From assembly GCF_006345805.1 (NCBI RefSeq), contig NC_042998.1, positions 27,714,001 through 27,778,000 on the forward strand: DNA of 64,000 bases, given 5' to 3'. Each line of letters opens with the position of its first letter. Positions within the stretch are counted from its first letter, which is position 1. Below the pieces are notes generated by a model. That model did no database searches. It was not told the origin of the DNA and worked only from the letters and a program-made list of their open reading frames with translations. This DNA is from Octopus sinensis (Eukaryota). The translations under genes and the position numbers were made by a program. Below are positions 13,046 to 25,797 of this stretch, piece by piece.

Positions 13046-13088
13046 CCACCTGAAGATTGTCGATCAAGACAAGAAACGATTGTAGTGG
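13046..13088 (+). ncRNA. Minimal type I hammerhead ribozyme motif in a probable Penelope-like remnant (about 12560-13190)
   Basis: CCAC-CTGAAGA-TTGTC(gatcaa)GACAA-GAA-AC(gatt)GT-A-GTGG: all core nucleotides present and helices I, II and III pair. Confidence 0.75.
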
Positions 13089-13256
13089 CGGTTTTTTTGA
13101 CTATTTATTAAAATTTTATGTATTGATTAAGTCTTTCCTTGTTTGTTTTGCAAAATAGTGGTTTTGTCTCTACTAATATTTTATAATATTTTACTATAAA
13201 ATCGATTTAATCCTAAATCTGATTTTTTCCCTGTAAATTTGGATTTATTCCCTAAT

Positions 13257-13330
<74 letters not shown>

Positions 13331-13473
13331 GTGTGAGTGTGTGTGTGAAAGGTTGAATAATATTTCGTCCTTTAATTTGGAGAATTCCAAAACCGATTTC
13401 TATTATAGATTCTTCATATTTTGCCTGTAGCTTACTGGCGCAAATTTGCGAATATGAAAATAATACTTGTATA

Positions 13474-13690
13474 CGGTGTGTTATGTGAATTTATAGAAAT
13501 ATATATCTCATAAAACTCAACAAGTTTGTTAAAAATGGAGAAGAGAAGATGTTAGAATTTAAGAGAATTTTAATTCATGCAGACGATCGTTTCAAAAAAT
13601 CCTCTTAAATTTTAACATCTTTACTTCTCCATTTTTAACAAATTTGTTGAGTTTTATAGAATACCTTTCCATAAATTCGCATAACACACC

Positions 13691-13691
<1 letters not shown>
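13474..13691. mobile_element. Palindromic MITE, Tc1/mariner-like ends, TA-flanked
   Basis: TA|CGGTGTGTTATGTGAATTTATAG ... CCATAAATTCGCATAACACACCA|TA; arms of about 95 bp. Confidence 0.8.
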
Positions 13692-13768
<77 letters not shown>

Positions 13769-14435
13769 TAGAAGGTTTGGAGATGATGTACATGTATTAT
13801 ATATTAGAAAAAATGAGGTACTCAGAAATCCAGGTGGTTTTATATTTGCAGATATTTATTAGTATATTACATGTTTTTATAAATCATATATCATATATTA
13901 GCGCTTTCGTCCACTCTAGTGGAGTTGTCAAATTGAACTTTTGCAGGAATTTTGTCCCTTTTTATAGTATTATTGACTGTGTAGGAGTGGGGAGAGATAT
14001 AAAATAGTACATAGGGTGAGGAATAGGAGGAAAGTGAGGGAGAGAGAGCGTGTGTGTGTGTGTATCTGAAAGTAGTGTTAAAGAAAAGGAGAAGGAAAGG
14101 AAGAAGGAGAGAAAGAAGAAAAAAATTGATGATATCTTTGCAGCTGGTCAGTCTTTCAATAGTAAATGATTCTTGGCTTTTAGAAATGGCAAACCCAGCT
14201 GGTCATTCCAAGGGGAACAAAATGTCACTTTTCAGTATATATAGATATATGTATACATACATACATACATACAAACATGTTTACATTAAGGAACGGAGTC
14301 GTGCCGATCGCATTGAATGATCACCAGAAAATCACGTTGGACGAAACAGCGAATAGAAATATTTTAATAATTGAGGACCATTTAGCTACAGATTAGTAGA
14401 TAAAATACTCTAGCTTGCAAATATCATGATCCCTT

Positions 14436-14820
14436 ATTTCTTTATTGCCCACAAGGGGATAAACGTAGAGGGGACAAACAAGGACAGACAAAGGGTTAAG
14501 TCGATTACATCGACCCCAGTGCGTAACTGGTACTTATTTAATCGACCCCGAAAGGATGAAAAGCAAAGTCGACCTCGGTGGAATTTGAACTCAGAACATG
14601 ACGGCAGACGAAATACCTATTTCTTTACTACCCACAAGGGGCTAAACATAGAGGGGACAAACAAGGATAGACAAAGGGATTAAGTCGATTACATCGACCC
14701 CAGTGCGTAATGAAAGGCAAAGTCGACCTCGGCGGAATTTGAACTCAGAACGTAACGCCAGACGAAATACCGCTAAGCATTTCGCCCGGCGTGCTAACGT
14801 TTCTGCCAGCTCGCCGCCTT
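14436..14820 (-). mobile_element. Family A SINE dimer
   Basis: Two units joined at 14617/14618 (GAAATACC|TATTTC); TSD TATCATGATCCCTT at 14422-14435 and 14871-14884. Confidence 0.9.
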
Positions 14821-16469
14821 ATTATTTTTTTCTTTTGTATACCCTCCATGTATGTGGATCCTCTGGATCCTATCATGATCCCTTGCCACACTCAAGATAT
14901 GAACAGGAAATTGGTGCAAAGGGAATCGGCAACATAGAAAGGGATAGAGCAGGAAACGGATGATAATTTGCAAAAAAGTACTCCACTCGTATAAATAGAG
15001 AGTGTATATTCGTATAAGCGTGTGTGTGATAGAATGTACGTGTTTAGTAAATCTAAGCTGTAACACGTTCGTGCGTACATACTAGTTATCTGCGCAATTC
15101 TATTGTTCATCAGAAAGTCTGCCACCTGCACTTTTGCGGTTTTGTTTATGTAGTGCTGTTTTCTAAGCCGTGTGGGAATTTATCTGAAACGTAGTTCAGT
15201 AATTTGTATCTGGTGTAAGCGTTGGCAGATGTTTTTCGAGTGATTGCTTCTTGTCCTTATAACGATATTATTTATTTCTTATATTGATGTAATTGTACAA
15301 GTTCAGTTACTTCAGGCAATTTCTTTCTCTCTTGGTATATCTTCCTTTGTGATAAAAAAAAGCAAAAAAAAAAAAAAAAAACCACACAAAAACACAAACA
15401 AAACAGAAAGAAACAAAAAGATCATTGCTTGCATATATATATTTACGTAGATCTCACAAGTCGTGTATTCAATATGTATACAGCTAATGTTTATACGGAG
15501 ATTTTCAAGTGTTTTTATAAAACTGGAACAAGCCAGAATATAATACTTTCTTTTCGCATTTATGACATTGAAACTTCTAGAATTCTATGAATTGGATTTC
15601 TTGTCACGAAACACGACCATCTCATCAAAAATTCCTGCAGGAATACGAAATCTACTACAGTAGTAGGTAGAATCTAAAACTATGTCTGGAAATAGCGAAA
15701 CTTTTTACTAATTTTATCTAGTAAGATACAATATTAAGTGTAATTAGTAGAACTTTAATAAGAAAGAACTACATCATTACCAAATAATTTCTTTAATCAT
15801 CTCTCTACAGATATATTTGTAATATATTTCACATACTTTTGGTGGGTTTTCTTTCTTATGCAATGCATCTTATACGTGTTGTGAGGTTCTTCTCTCAAGA
15901 ATTTAAACAAGTACGCGTAGTTTGCAACCTAAGATGGAACATAGTGTGCTAAAACAAACCGAAATACTAAAGAACTGAAGAACGTGTAACTTCTTCCTTA
16001 TCAATGGCAATTTGTATTTCAACCAGTACCTTTTGTATATTTCGATGCAGGCACATACTTATAACTATATCTACACACCTATAGAAGTTATTACAAACAA
16101 ATGTTCAACATAATCAACGGCAGTACACAGACTTGAGTAAACAAGAATTATATAAACCATTATAAAGTGCTATATGAGTATTGCATTTCTGTTAGTTTTT
16201 GAAAATGATGACACCGTTAACATATTGCTGTATTAGGTAAAATTTCATTTTCAGAGTATTTAATATTGAACTTCCGGTTGCAACTATTTATCTCGTAGTT
16301 AATCTAGAAATTTCGTTGAATATAAAGGTTTTAAGATGCTTGTAAATACATGCTATTATGCATTGGTTTTTTCATATTAACATTTTTATCTGTCTGTGAT
16401 ATCTTGGATAAAAAACGGATAGAGACTAATAGGGTCAGTTTCCTGGTTTGTATGTGTATTTATATAAAT

Positions 16470-16777
16470 GTGGAGGCGCAATGGCCTAGTGGTTAGGGCA
16501 GCGGACTCGCGGTCGCAGGATCGCGGTTTCGATTCCCAGACCGGGCGTTGTGTGTGTTTATTGAGCGAAAACACCTAAAAGCTCCACGAGGCTCCTGCAG
16601 GGGGTGGTGATCCCTGCTGTACTCTTTCACCACTCTTTCTCCCACTCTTTCTTCTGTTGGCCTGCTCGCTTAGCCAGCGGGGTGGCGTCATTCGAAGGCT
16701 AAAAAACAATGCGAACGCATTGTGACCAGCGATGTGTAACAACATCTGATAGTCTGGTCGGTCACGTGGTCACGTGA
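16470..16777 (+). mobile_element. tRNA-derived SINE, family C (tRNA-Arg-like head)
   Basis: GGAGGCGCAATGGCCTAGTGGTTAGGGCAGCGGACTCGCGG...GGTTTCGATTCCC; ends CACGTGGTCACGTGA; TSD TTTATATAAAT. Resemblance to the published octopus OR-type SINEs is inference. Confidence 0.9.
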
Positions 16778-17339
16778 TTTATATAAATAAACGTATATGT
16801 ATGTATAGTTTTATGCATGTTTAGTGTTATATCGCACGTTCGGATGACCTCTACTCAACTGTGCTCTACTCTTTTTCTGCTGACGTCTAGACTTCTCCCT
16901 CTATATCTACGTAATCGGGCTAGCCTACTTCATCGTCTGGGGGCGTACACACAACATATAGACAAATACACACACACATATTTGTATATAAAGTTGTACG
17001 TTTTATTTGCATGCTCTTACAGAGATATCGACATGTATGCGAAGTTGTAAATCTGTCTGTATATATATATGTAAGTATATTTCTCTGTCCATGTGAGCGT
17101 ACGTCAATAATTATATCTGTATATAAATGTATGTGTGTGTGAGTTTGTGTATATGTATATACATAACTGTGTATATTTGTGCGTGTACACATGTATATAT
17201 ATATATGTATCGCTGTGCGTGTGTGTAAATTAGTATATATGTAATGTGTTTCTGTAGCAGCAAGTATATATGCGTATATACATTTACATTTCCTTATATA
17301 AAATGAGGACAAATATCCGTCAGTTGTAAATAATGCAAA

Positions 17340-17590
17340 CAATATATATATATATATAATATATATATATATATATGATATAATATATATATATATGATA
17401 TAATATATATATATGATATAATAATATATATATATATGATATAATATATATATATATGATATAATATAAATATATATATATATATATGATATAATATATA
17501 GATATATATATATATATATGATATATATAAATATTATATATATATATATATATGATATAATATAAATATATATATATATAATATGATATA

Positions 17591-17630
<40 letters not shown>
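17340..17630. repeat. Compound (TA)n tract with recurring ATGATATAAT unit
   Basis: Direct inspection. Confidence 0.9.
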
Positions 17631-17633
<3 letters not shown>

Positions 17634-17974
17634 AAAGAAAGAAATTTTGAGGATGTACCAGTTTCCATATTCTCCATTGTTATAATTATTGCAAATATAC
17701 AGTGAATCGAACACAGAATCAATAACCGGAGGAATTTACAGCGTGAGTGACAACTCCTAGTAGTAACAGACGTTATATACTAACCGATGCGGTTAGCCGT
17801 AATCTGGAACATGACTGAGAGCCACCACGGTATCTGCCCGGATAATATATCCCTTTAAACACACACTCACACGCACATACACACACACACACACACATTA
17901 TATACACATACATATAGTCACAGGTAAAAATGTGAGGTAAACCATTTGTGAGAATCTGTCTATCTACCTATCTA

Positions 17975-18389
17975 TCTCTTTTACTCTCTTTTACTTGTTT
18001 CAGTCATTTGACTGCGGCCATGCTGGAGCACCGCCTTTAGTCGAGCAAATCGACCCCGGGACTTATTCTTTGTAAGCCCAGTACTTATTCTATCGGTCTC
18101 TTTTGCCAAACCGCTAAGTGACGGGGACGTAAACACACCAGCATTGGTTGTCAAGCAATGCTAGGGGGACAAACACAAACACACACACACACACACACCA
18201 CACACACACACACACATATATATACATATATACGACGGACTTCTTTCAGTTTCCGTCTACCAAATCCACTCACAAGGCATTGGTCGGCTCGGGGCTATAG
18301 TAGAAGACACTTGACCAAGATGCTACGCAGTGGGACTGAACCCGGAACCATGTGGTTGGTTAGCAAGCTACTTACCACACAGCCACTCC
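17975..18389 (-). mobile_element. Family B SINE
   Basis: Full-length reverse complement of family B, tail (TAAAAGAG)n. Confidence 0.9.
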
Positions 18390-19182
18390 ATACGATATAT
18401 GTATATTTTTGTTGTAATATTTATTCTATTACTTAAATCTTTTGCAATGTTAAAATATAGAAACTCGGTTTGGTGAATGAAAGGTTTAAGCTGTCTGCAA
18501 AGTAGGAGTCATTTGATGATGACAATTGCCAACGGTTTGAGTTGAAGCATATAACTATCAATTAGAAATCTCTTATTTTTCAAAACATCTAGTTATCTCA
18601 ACAATGTATGGTTTTCAAATTTTTGTTTTGAAAAGAATAATATTTGAAATATTCAGAGCATCCATAATAAATCTGATGTTAATAACAGATTTTATGTTAA
18701 ATAAAACAAACACAGATTTATATGCGATATTTAAAAAATAAAAGTTATATAATTATTCAACTATATATAAGTTTTATAAATGTAACATTGGATTTCGTAT
18801 GAACATTAATTGCTATTAAAATTGCTAGCTAAACGTTGTTGTGATTTGATATTTGTTTGGAACAAACTAGAATTATGTGTTCTACTCACGAGGTTTTAAG
18901 TTTATCGCCATAGATTCTCTTTAGAGTTCAGAGCCGTCACTGAAAGTTATGATGTTTCGTATATGGATTCGTCTAATGCACTGCTAACACAATAAGCACA
19001 ATATTGACATGCAAACCTTAAATATACTTAGTGGTTTATTATGGTGGAAAAGCGAAGTATTGTATCCTTGCTAGCAATTCATATCTACTTTCGAGAAACC
19101 TGAGCTTGTTCCTCAATGTTATAAATGCATCTAGCGTATCATTTTAAACGTAAATGCGTTTTTAAATAGCTGTATTCGAATT

Positions 19183-19475
19183 CACGTGATCACGTGACCG
19201 ACCAGACCATCAGATGTTGTTACACATCGCTGGTCACAATGCGTTCGCATTGTTTTAGCCTTTAAATGACGCCACCCCGCTGGCTAAGCGAGCAGGCCAA
19301 CAGAAGAAAGAGTGGTGAAAGAGTACAGCAGGGATCACCACCCCCTGCCGGAGCCTCGTGGAGCTTTTAGGTGTTTTCGCTCAATAAACACACACAACGC
19401 CCGGTCTGGGAATCGAAACCGCGATCCTGCGACCGCGAGTCCGCTGCCCTAACCACTAGGCCATTGCGCCTCCGC
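19183..19475 (-). mobile_element. Family C SINE with 11-bp TSD
   Basis: Reverse complement of 16470-16777; GTATTCGAATT at 19172-19182 and 19476-19486. Confidence 0.92.
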
Positions 19476-19894
19476 GTATTCGAATTAGGAGCACTTAAAC
19501 CTCCAAGACAAGGCCAGTGTTGCGATTCAAAGTGAGGAGATTGGCTTGAACTCGAATTAACCACTCATTTCATCCTTCTATGGAGAACATGCCCATGAGG
19601 AATGTGTGCATCGCAAGACTTGAACAGCGCTTTGCATTATGTTTGAAATCTGGTTCTACGTGAAAATTGCTTCTCCATTCGAGCCTTAAATTCCACTGTT
19701 GTTCCCTAGTGATTATGTGCTTCATAATAAAGTAAATCCGAAAGCAAAATCTATCGAAGCAATTTATATTCCTTATTGATGCATCGTGATGTATTTATCA
19801 GAAACAAATCCCTGCGAGTTTGAGATAACGTTTACGAATTCACTAAACCTAATTTCGAAAATTTCAACCCCTTTAATTAAAAGAGTTCAGAATA

Positions 19895-20302
19895 GGCGTA
19901 GGAGTGGCTGTGTGGTAAGTAGCTTGCTTACCAACCTCGTGGTTCCAGTCCCACCGCGTGGCACCTTGGGCAAGTGTCTTCTACTATAGCCTCGGACCGA
20001 CCAAAGCCTTGTGAATGGATTTGGAAAACAGAAACTGAAAGAAGCCTGTCGTATATATGTATACATATATATATGTATGTGTGTGTATTTATATGTTTGT
20101 ATGTCTGTGTTTGTCCCCCCCCCAACATCGCTTGACAACCGATGCTGGTGTGTTTACGTCTCCGTAACTTAGCGGTTCGGCCAAAGAAACCGATAGAATA
20201 AGTACTAGGCTTCCAAAGAATAAATCCTGGGGTTGATTTGCTAGACTAAAGGCGGTGCTCCAGCATGTCCACAGTGAAATGACTGAAACAAGTAAAAGAG
20301 TA
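19895..20302 (+). mobile_element. Family B SINE
   Basis: GGCGTAGGAGTGGCTGTGTGGTAAG head; CACCTTGGGCAAGTGTCTT resembles the CORE-SINE motif. Confidence 0.9.
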
Positions 20303-21273
20303 ATTACCCGAGGCAACATTTAAAGTGTATATTTAAAGCATAAGGTAAAATTTATCAGGTATTCGTGATTAAATTCACAAGATCCTGAATCTTAAGACTA
20401 TTATTTCAAAATTTTAAAGCAATAGAAAGTAACTTGTGAAGTTCACACGAGAAATCGTTTTAGTAGTTGGTCCGAAGTGGATTCATGCATGCGCGTACAC
20501 ACATGCACATATGTGTGTATATGTGAGAACGTGTGCGGTAATTATTTTCAATCTAATTAACGCAAGTCATAGCTTTAACAAGCTAATTGACCTACAGTTA
20601 TTACAGTAATGAATGTGCCATAATCAGGTAATTATAGCGTTTATTCATCATCCATTTCTCATATCTTGAATGCATTGAATTTTAATCTATTGCCCTTACA
20701 GACATTTTTCTATCTGTCAGAGGTCATTTACAATTCCTTAAGTGTACAACCCGCACATTGAAGAAGTGAAAACACGAACGCCGGTTTCATCAACATGTGT
20801 TAATTTACACTTGTAATTATAAGCAATTTTAGGTAACATAGTACAAGTACTGTGTTTAAGAACTTCTACAGTGTATAAACAAATGAAAAGTTAGTTGAGG
20901 ATAAATTAAAAGTATTTCGTGAGGAATGTATTTTCTAGTGTCGAATTAAAAGAATTTTCAATGGTAAATCTTTATTCGTAACGGAAAATATGCATCAAAG
21001 TAGAATTATTATAAAACGCCTGATTAATGAAATTTGTTTAGGTTCGTTCTTTAATGTTTTTAAATGTAATTAGTTTATATTCTTTAATTATTCACTATTA
21101 ATTCAACCGAGTAATATATGTAAAATTCTCTACCAGAAAAAAAGACCTTGTTATATTCAACTTGCTACATGCATAAAATGTACAAACAAATCAACAAGCA
21201 TATGAGGGGCAAAATATATACAAATAGTCATCTTCGTTACTAACTAGAAAGAAGACAATGCGAAAATACCGTG

Positions 21274-21738
21274 AATAGTCACCTTTCCATAGTCACTTTT
21301 CCATAATCACCTTTCCATAGTCACCTTTCCATAACCATATTTCGATAGTTACCTTTCCATAATCACCTTTCCATAGCCACCTTTCCATAGTCAACTTTCC
21401 ATAATCACCTTTCCATAATCACCTTTCAATAATCACCTTTCCATAATCACCTTTCCATAGTCACATTTCCATAATCACCTTTCAATAGCCACCTTTCGAT
21501 AGTCACCTTTCCATAGTCACCTTACCATAATTACCTTTTCTTAATTACCTTTCCATAATCACCTTTCTATAATTACCTTTTCATAATCACCTTTCCATAG
21601 TCACATTTCCATAATCAACTTTCAATAGCCACCTTTCCATAGCCACCATTCCATAGTCACCTTTCCATAATCACCTTTACATAATCAACTTTTCATAATT
21701 ACCTTTTCATAATCACCTTTCCATAGTCACCTTTCCAT
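21274..21738. repeat. 14-bp minisatellite (AGTCACCTTTCCAT), about 33 copies
   Basis: Tandem units TCACCTTTCCATAG/ATAA read directly. Confidence 0.95.
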
Positions 21739-22527
21739 GCAATGAGCTCTACTGTTTTACTGTTGATCTATTTGTGATATAAACGAACACTACGCACAAA
21801 GCAGTTCAATGTGGTGATGTGCACAACGTAGAGTTCACTAAATGCCTCTAATTGTGGTATAACTTTTGTAGAGAGCTTCGGAACGATTGAAATATTAGTT
21901 CAACACAGCAGTGTATTTCTTTTAAAGCAATTCTTACGAATCTCAGATGGTACCTATGGCATTTAAAATTGAATCCAAGCAGAAAGAGATTCTTTTGCAT
22001 GATCTCACCAACATGCTGTGCACTGAAGTGAAGTAAACGATCGATTAGATTTATGTCACACAAGTAATGCATAGCACATTTCTGACGGAAAGGTGACTAT
22101 TATAAGTTTCATTATGATATAGTAGAATTAACAATGTGTGTCATGAAGATGATCCCGTAGCACAGCGCCTCATATAAATCCTATCAACTCCGTCTAAACA
22201 GAATTTACAGAAAGCTGAGTTTGCTCATAATCTTCTCGGTACAAAACAATGAAATATGACTAGAATAATCCTCTTTACTATGTGCTCAAGGACGGAAATT
22301 TTGTGAGAGAGGGCTAGTTGATTACTGGTGCTGATTTCACCGATACCGAAGGATGAAAGACAAAGTCGACCTCTATCACATAAAGATGGACGAAATGATG
22401 TTAAACATTTTGTCCGGCGTGTTGGTACACTTGCAAATTGCTTTTTTTAGCCTCATGAATTTGCATAGAGAAGTGGTAACTGTCAGTTTTATCGTTAACA
22501 AAGATGTAATATATGTTTTATATAAAA

Positions 22528-22922
22528 CTAGCAGTATCGTCCGGCGTTGCTCAGGTTTGTAAGGGAAATAACTATATAAGCATTTTTAGAGATGTAAAGT
22601 ATAATAGCCATCTCAATATGGCTAACCACAAAGGGGGGGGTGTTACTGTAGCTTTTTACGTTCTGAGATTTAATAATACATTTTGAGAGAGTTACTTCCC
22701 TTATATATGCAAAAAATGCATTAAAAATGGGAAAAAATGATGGTAATTTTTTTTTAATTGTAGACTCATCGTAGACGCGCGCTAATACCCAGAAGGGCTC
22801 GATATGAATCCCGACTACAAGATACCCGGTTTTGGTTAAACTGCACCGCAAAATGTGGGAGTAGTTAGGAATCTAAATCGTAGGAGACAGACACCACACA
22901 ACCTTACTTTTATATATATAGA
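22528..22922 (-). mobile_element. Non-autonomous Helitron, same family as 34929-35306
   Basis: Minus strand A|TC...CCTGAGCAACGCCGGACGATACTGCTAG|T: 5' TC, 3' CTAG, subterminal hairpin, A-T target and no TSD. Confidence 0.85.
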
Positions 22923-23242
22923 TGATCCCCAAAACTTAGCAACCCCTAAAATGAACTCAAAAATGCTAAAATATTGCATAACGTTTTCCAGAAACTTACT
23001 TGGATGTGTACAGCTAAAAAAAAATCCATAATAGAAGAAACCGAGTTTAAAACGGCGTATGTATCTGACTTCATCGTATCAACAGTGTCATTTTGCCCGG
23101 CGTGCGAACAATGCTGCTAGCTCACCTCCTTCATCTCCACTCGGCTCAGTCTTGGATCCTGATCAGGATGTTCAGGATCTATGCAGTTGCTGAACTACCC
23201 AGCCACACCTTTATCCACTTCAATCGTCGGATGCTTAATATT

Positions 23243-23447
23243 GGTTTCAAATTTTGGCACAAGGCCAGCAACTTCGGGAAGAGGGTATATCGATTACATC
23301 GACTCCAGCACTCATCATGTACTTAGTTTATTGACCCCGAAATGATTAAAGGTAAAGTTTACGACGGTTGAATTTGAACTCAGAACGTAACGACGGACAA
23401 AATGCATTTTACCCGGCGCGCTTACAATTCTGCCAGCCCACCGCCTT
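23243..23447 (-). mobile_element. Diverged family A-related SINE (A') with a different 3' tail
   Basis: Family A head and core, followed on the minus strand by a CCCGAAGTTGCTGGCCTTGTGCCAAAATTTGAAACC tail. Confidence 0.75.
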
Positions 23448-24972
23448 AGATCTCTTAATATCAACAAGCGATTTAGCACCAAAATGTGCCAACCACTTCC
23501 TTATCATTAAATATAAAATTACAATCTTGATACGAGTTATTAATAATGATATACTGTATCATCATTATATTCCTGAGATGTCTACAACACACAAATAATT
23601 GTTAAGATGGATTCTCAGATATTTTAGGCAAAATGACAGGAAATCATAATGGGTCTGCCAAAAACACAAAAAGTATATTTAAATCGTTTCGTTTATGGCA
23701 TTCAGTTCTTCATAGTATCAGACACCCCACTGAACCAGTGATGCAACTGAAAGTATTAAGGCAACAATGATTCGTGAGAACTCAATTGGGAGGTCTTGGA
23801 AGGACTGGTTGCTGGATTTAAATCATGAGAAAATACCCGATCGTTTTTCTCACCATTCTCTGTTTTTCTGTCTGGCTAGCGCTAGATACATCAATTGTTA
23901 GCATTTCAAAAATGCATAGCTCCTCTATATCTTTCTGAAATGCATGGGTTCTGGATTCCGTGGATATATTTCGTCAATATATTAAAAAAAAAACAACACT
24001 CGTACAATCAACTTCATAAGATTTCGAGGAGCCTGTTATTAGAGCAGAAGAAACAGAATAAAGCAGAGGTGTCAGCCACCATCCTTACAAGATAAAAAGC
24101 ATTTAACGAACACACTAGTGGCTTTGATTGTTGTGGCTATCACAGAAATGAAACTAGAGAGAATATTATCATTGAACTCAGCGACGTACTGCAATCGAAA
24201 ATGTAACTTTTCAGATAGAATGTGATGTACAAAATGAATTACCCAGAAAATTGCCAACGAATTGATAGTTTCCTCTTAGAAGACAAAATCCTAGAAGCAA
24301 TTATTATCGACTTTCAGAGAAAAGGAAAATAATTTCAAAAAATTAGGAATCAGTTTTAGGAAAATAATTATTTTCCATGCTTGGGGTAAAATCTCATATT
24401 TGTCAGTATTAACAACGTGGTGGTTACAGAAAAATTTCTATGTTTTGTCATCTTAAACCTGCAAGCGCAGTGTACATAGATGATTATTAATAATAATAAA
24501 AAAAATGAGTTGCTATTAACTTTGGTAGCAGTAATTTGCATATTAATAAAATGTGAGCTTAAGGGAATAACTAATTATTATTTCCGTTTTGCGCAGTGTC
24601 CAATAGACACAGAAAATGAAAGTAATTTGTAATAAAAATATTTTTGTTTTGGCACATAATAAAAATGTTATTAGAGTGAGGTGAAATGTTCTTAGCCTGA
24701 AAAAATCATTTATAGTCGCCTTTACTTCTTCAACCCACGCAATCCTTCCTTGAATCGTAATCTGAAAACAGATCGAAATTGGAGACTTTACATTCGCTTC
24801 ATTTCAACTGGTGATTATTTGACCATAATTTTACAGAAAGGTCATCTCACAAATAAAGGATTAATTCGATAAAGAATAGTTCGAAAAAAACAAAACAATA
24901 ACTGATTACTAAATGGCAATGTGTATCTCCAACTTAATGCGGAGGGTGTGTTAGAACACAGAAATTGCATTG

Positions 24973-25797
24973 CAGTAATCACTCACCATGTCGCGGTACA
25001 CCTATCGCGCCCTCAGTACCTCGCAGATTTTCTGGCTGATATATGTAAATATATATCGCGGACTCCTCAGTATATCGCGGGTTTTTGCGGCCGATAGATA
25101 TTTATATGTTTTTAGATTTTAATTATTCTGTGGTAAAATTTTCACGCCTAAAAATTAATAAATTAATAAACAGAAATTCAGCACAGCACTGCACTGTATA
25201 ACACATTAATTAAAATATATTAAAAGAAAATACGTAGTGTACCGTAGATGAGTAAACAAAGAACCGCACATACTATATGGAAAACGAAACTAGGCTGGCG
25301 CGTGTCTGGTCTTGTTTTGAATTTATAATAAAACTAGCAGTATCACCCGGCGTTGCTCAGGTTTGTCTCGACGCTTTAGAATTGGAATTTTTGAAAAGTA
25401 AAAATTTTGCACTATGTAGCTTGTTATTCTCTTAAAGTGAACATTTCTGGTTGAAATACACCGAAAAATAGCGACGCAGCAGTCCAAAAATCGTAAAAAA
25501 ATAGGGATTTTCATAGAAAAAAAGCTTTCTTCTACGGAATGAAGAGCAAGCCTTCTTCTATCATACTCTCAATTTTGGTCAACTTGCGCCGCAGGGTCTC
25601 GGAGGAGACAGTGTTAGTTGAAGGCTACAAAACCTGCTACACACAGACAATTTCAGCTTTATGAATATAGATAATGTAAACAAGTTATAAAAAAAATAAT
25701 AAAAAATATACAGTACAGTGCTGTTTCTACTTCGTGGATTTTCTGCTATCGCAGGGGTTTTTTGAACGTAACACCCGCGATAGTCGCATGGTTACTG
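24973..25797. mobile_element. pogo/Tigger-like MITE hosting a Helitron
   Basis: Left end CAGTAATCACTCACCATGTCGCGG, right end CCGCGATAGTCGCATGGTTACTG|TA; CAGTA-type imperfect TIRs and subterminal TATCGCG repeats. Confidence 0.7.
25334..25671 (-). mobile_element. Non-autonomous Helitron, second subfamily, nested in the MITE
   Basis: Same 3' end (CCTGAGCAACGCCGGGTGATACTGCTAG|T) and A|TC 5' end as 22528-22922, but different internal sequence. Confidence 0.85.

Noticed and set aside
14290-14360. LNDHQKITLDETA, faintly mariner-like
   Set aside because: Too short, with no TIR or further motif nearby.
14850-14963. Exon-like stretch (CGSSGSYHDPLPHSRYEQEIGAKG...)
   Set aside because: It spans a SINE TSD junction, has no acceptor AG and no recognisable homology.
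15631-15670. Adjacent short palindromes ATTCCTGCAGGAAT and CTACTAC-A-GTAGTAG
   Set aside because: Seven-base arms are within chance expectation; no other support.
16472-16545. tRNA-like heads (here and in all SINE copies) as tRNA genes
   Set aside because: They have A/B boxes but no complete acceptor stem, and each continues into a SINE body with TSDs.
23780-23815. GGLGRTG resembling a phosphatase active-site loop
   Set aside because: No preceding HC, a stop three codons later and no splice support.
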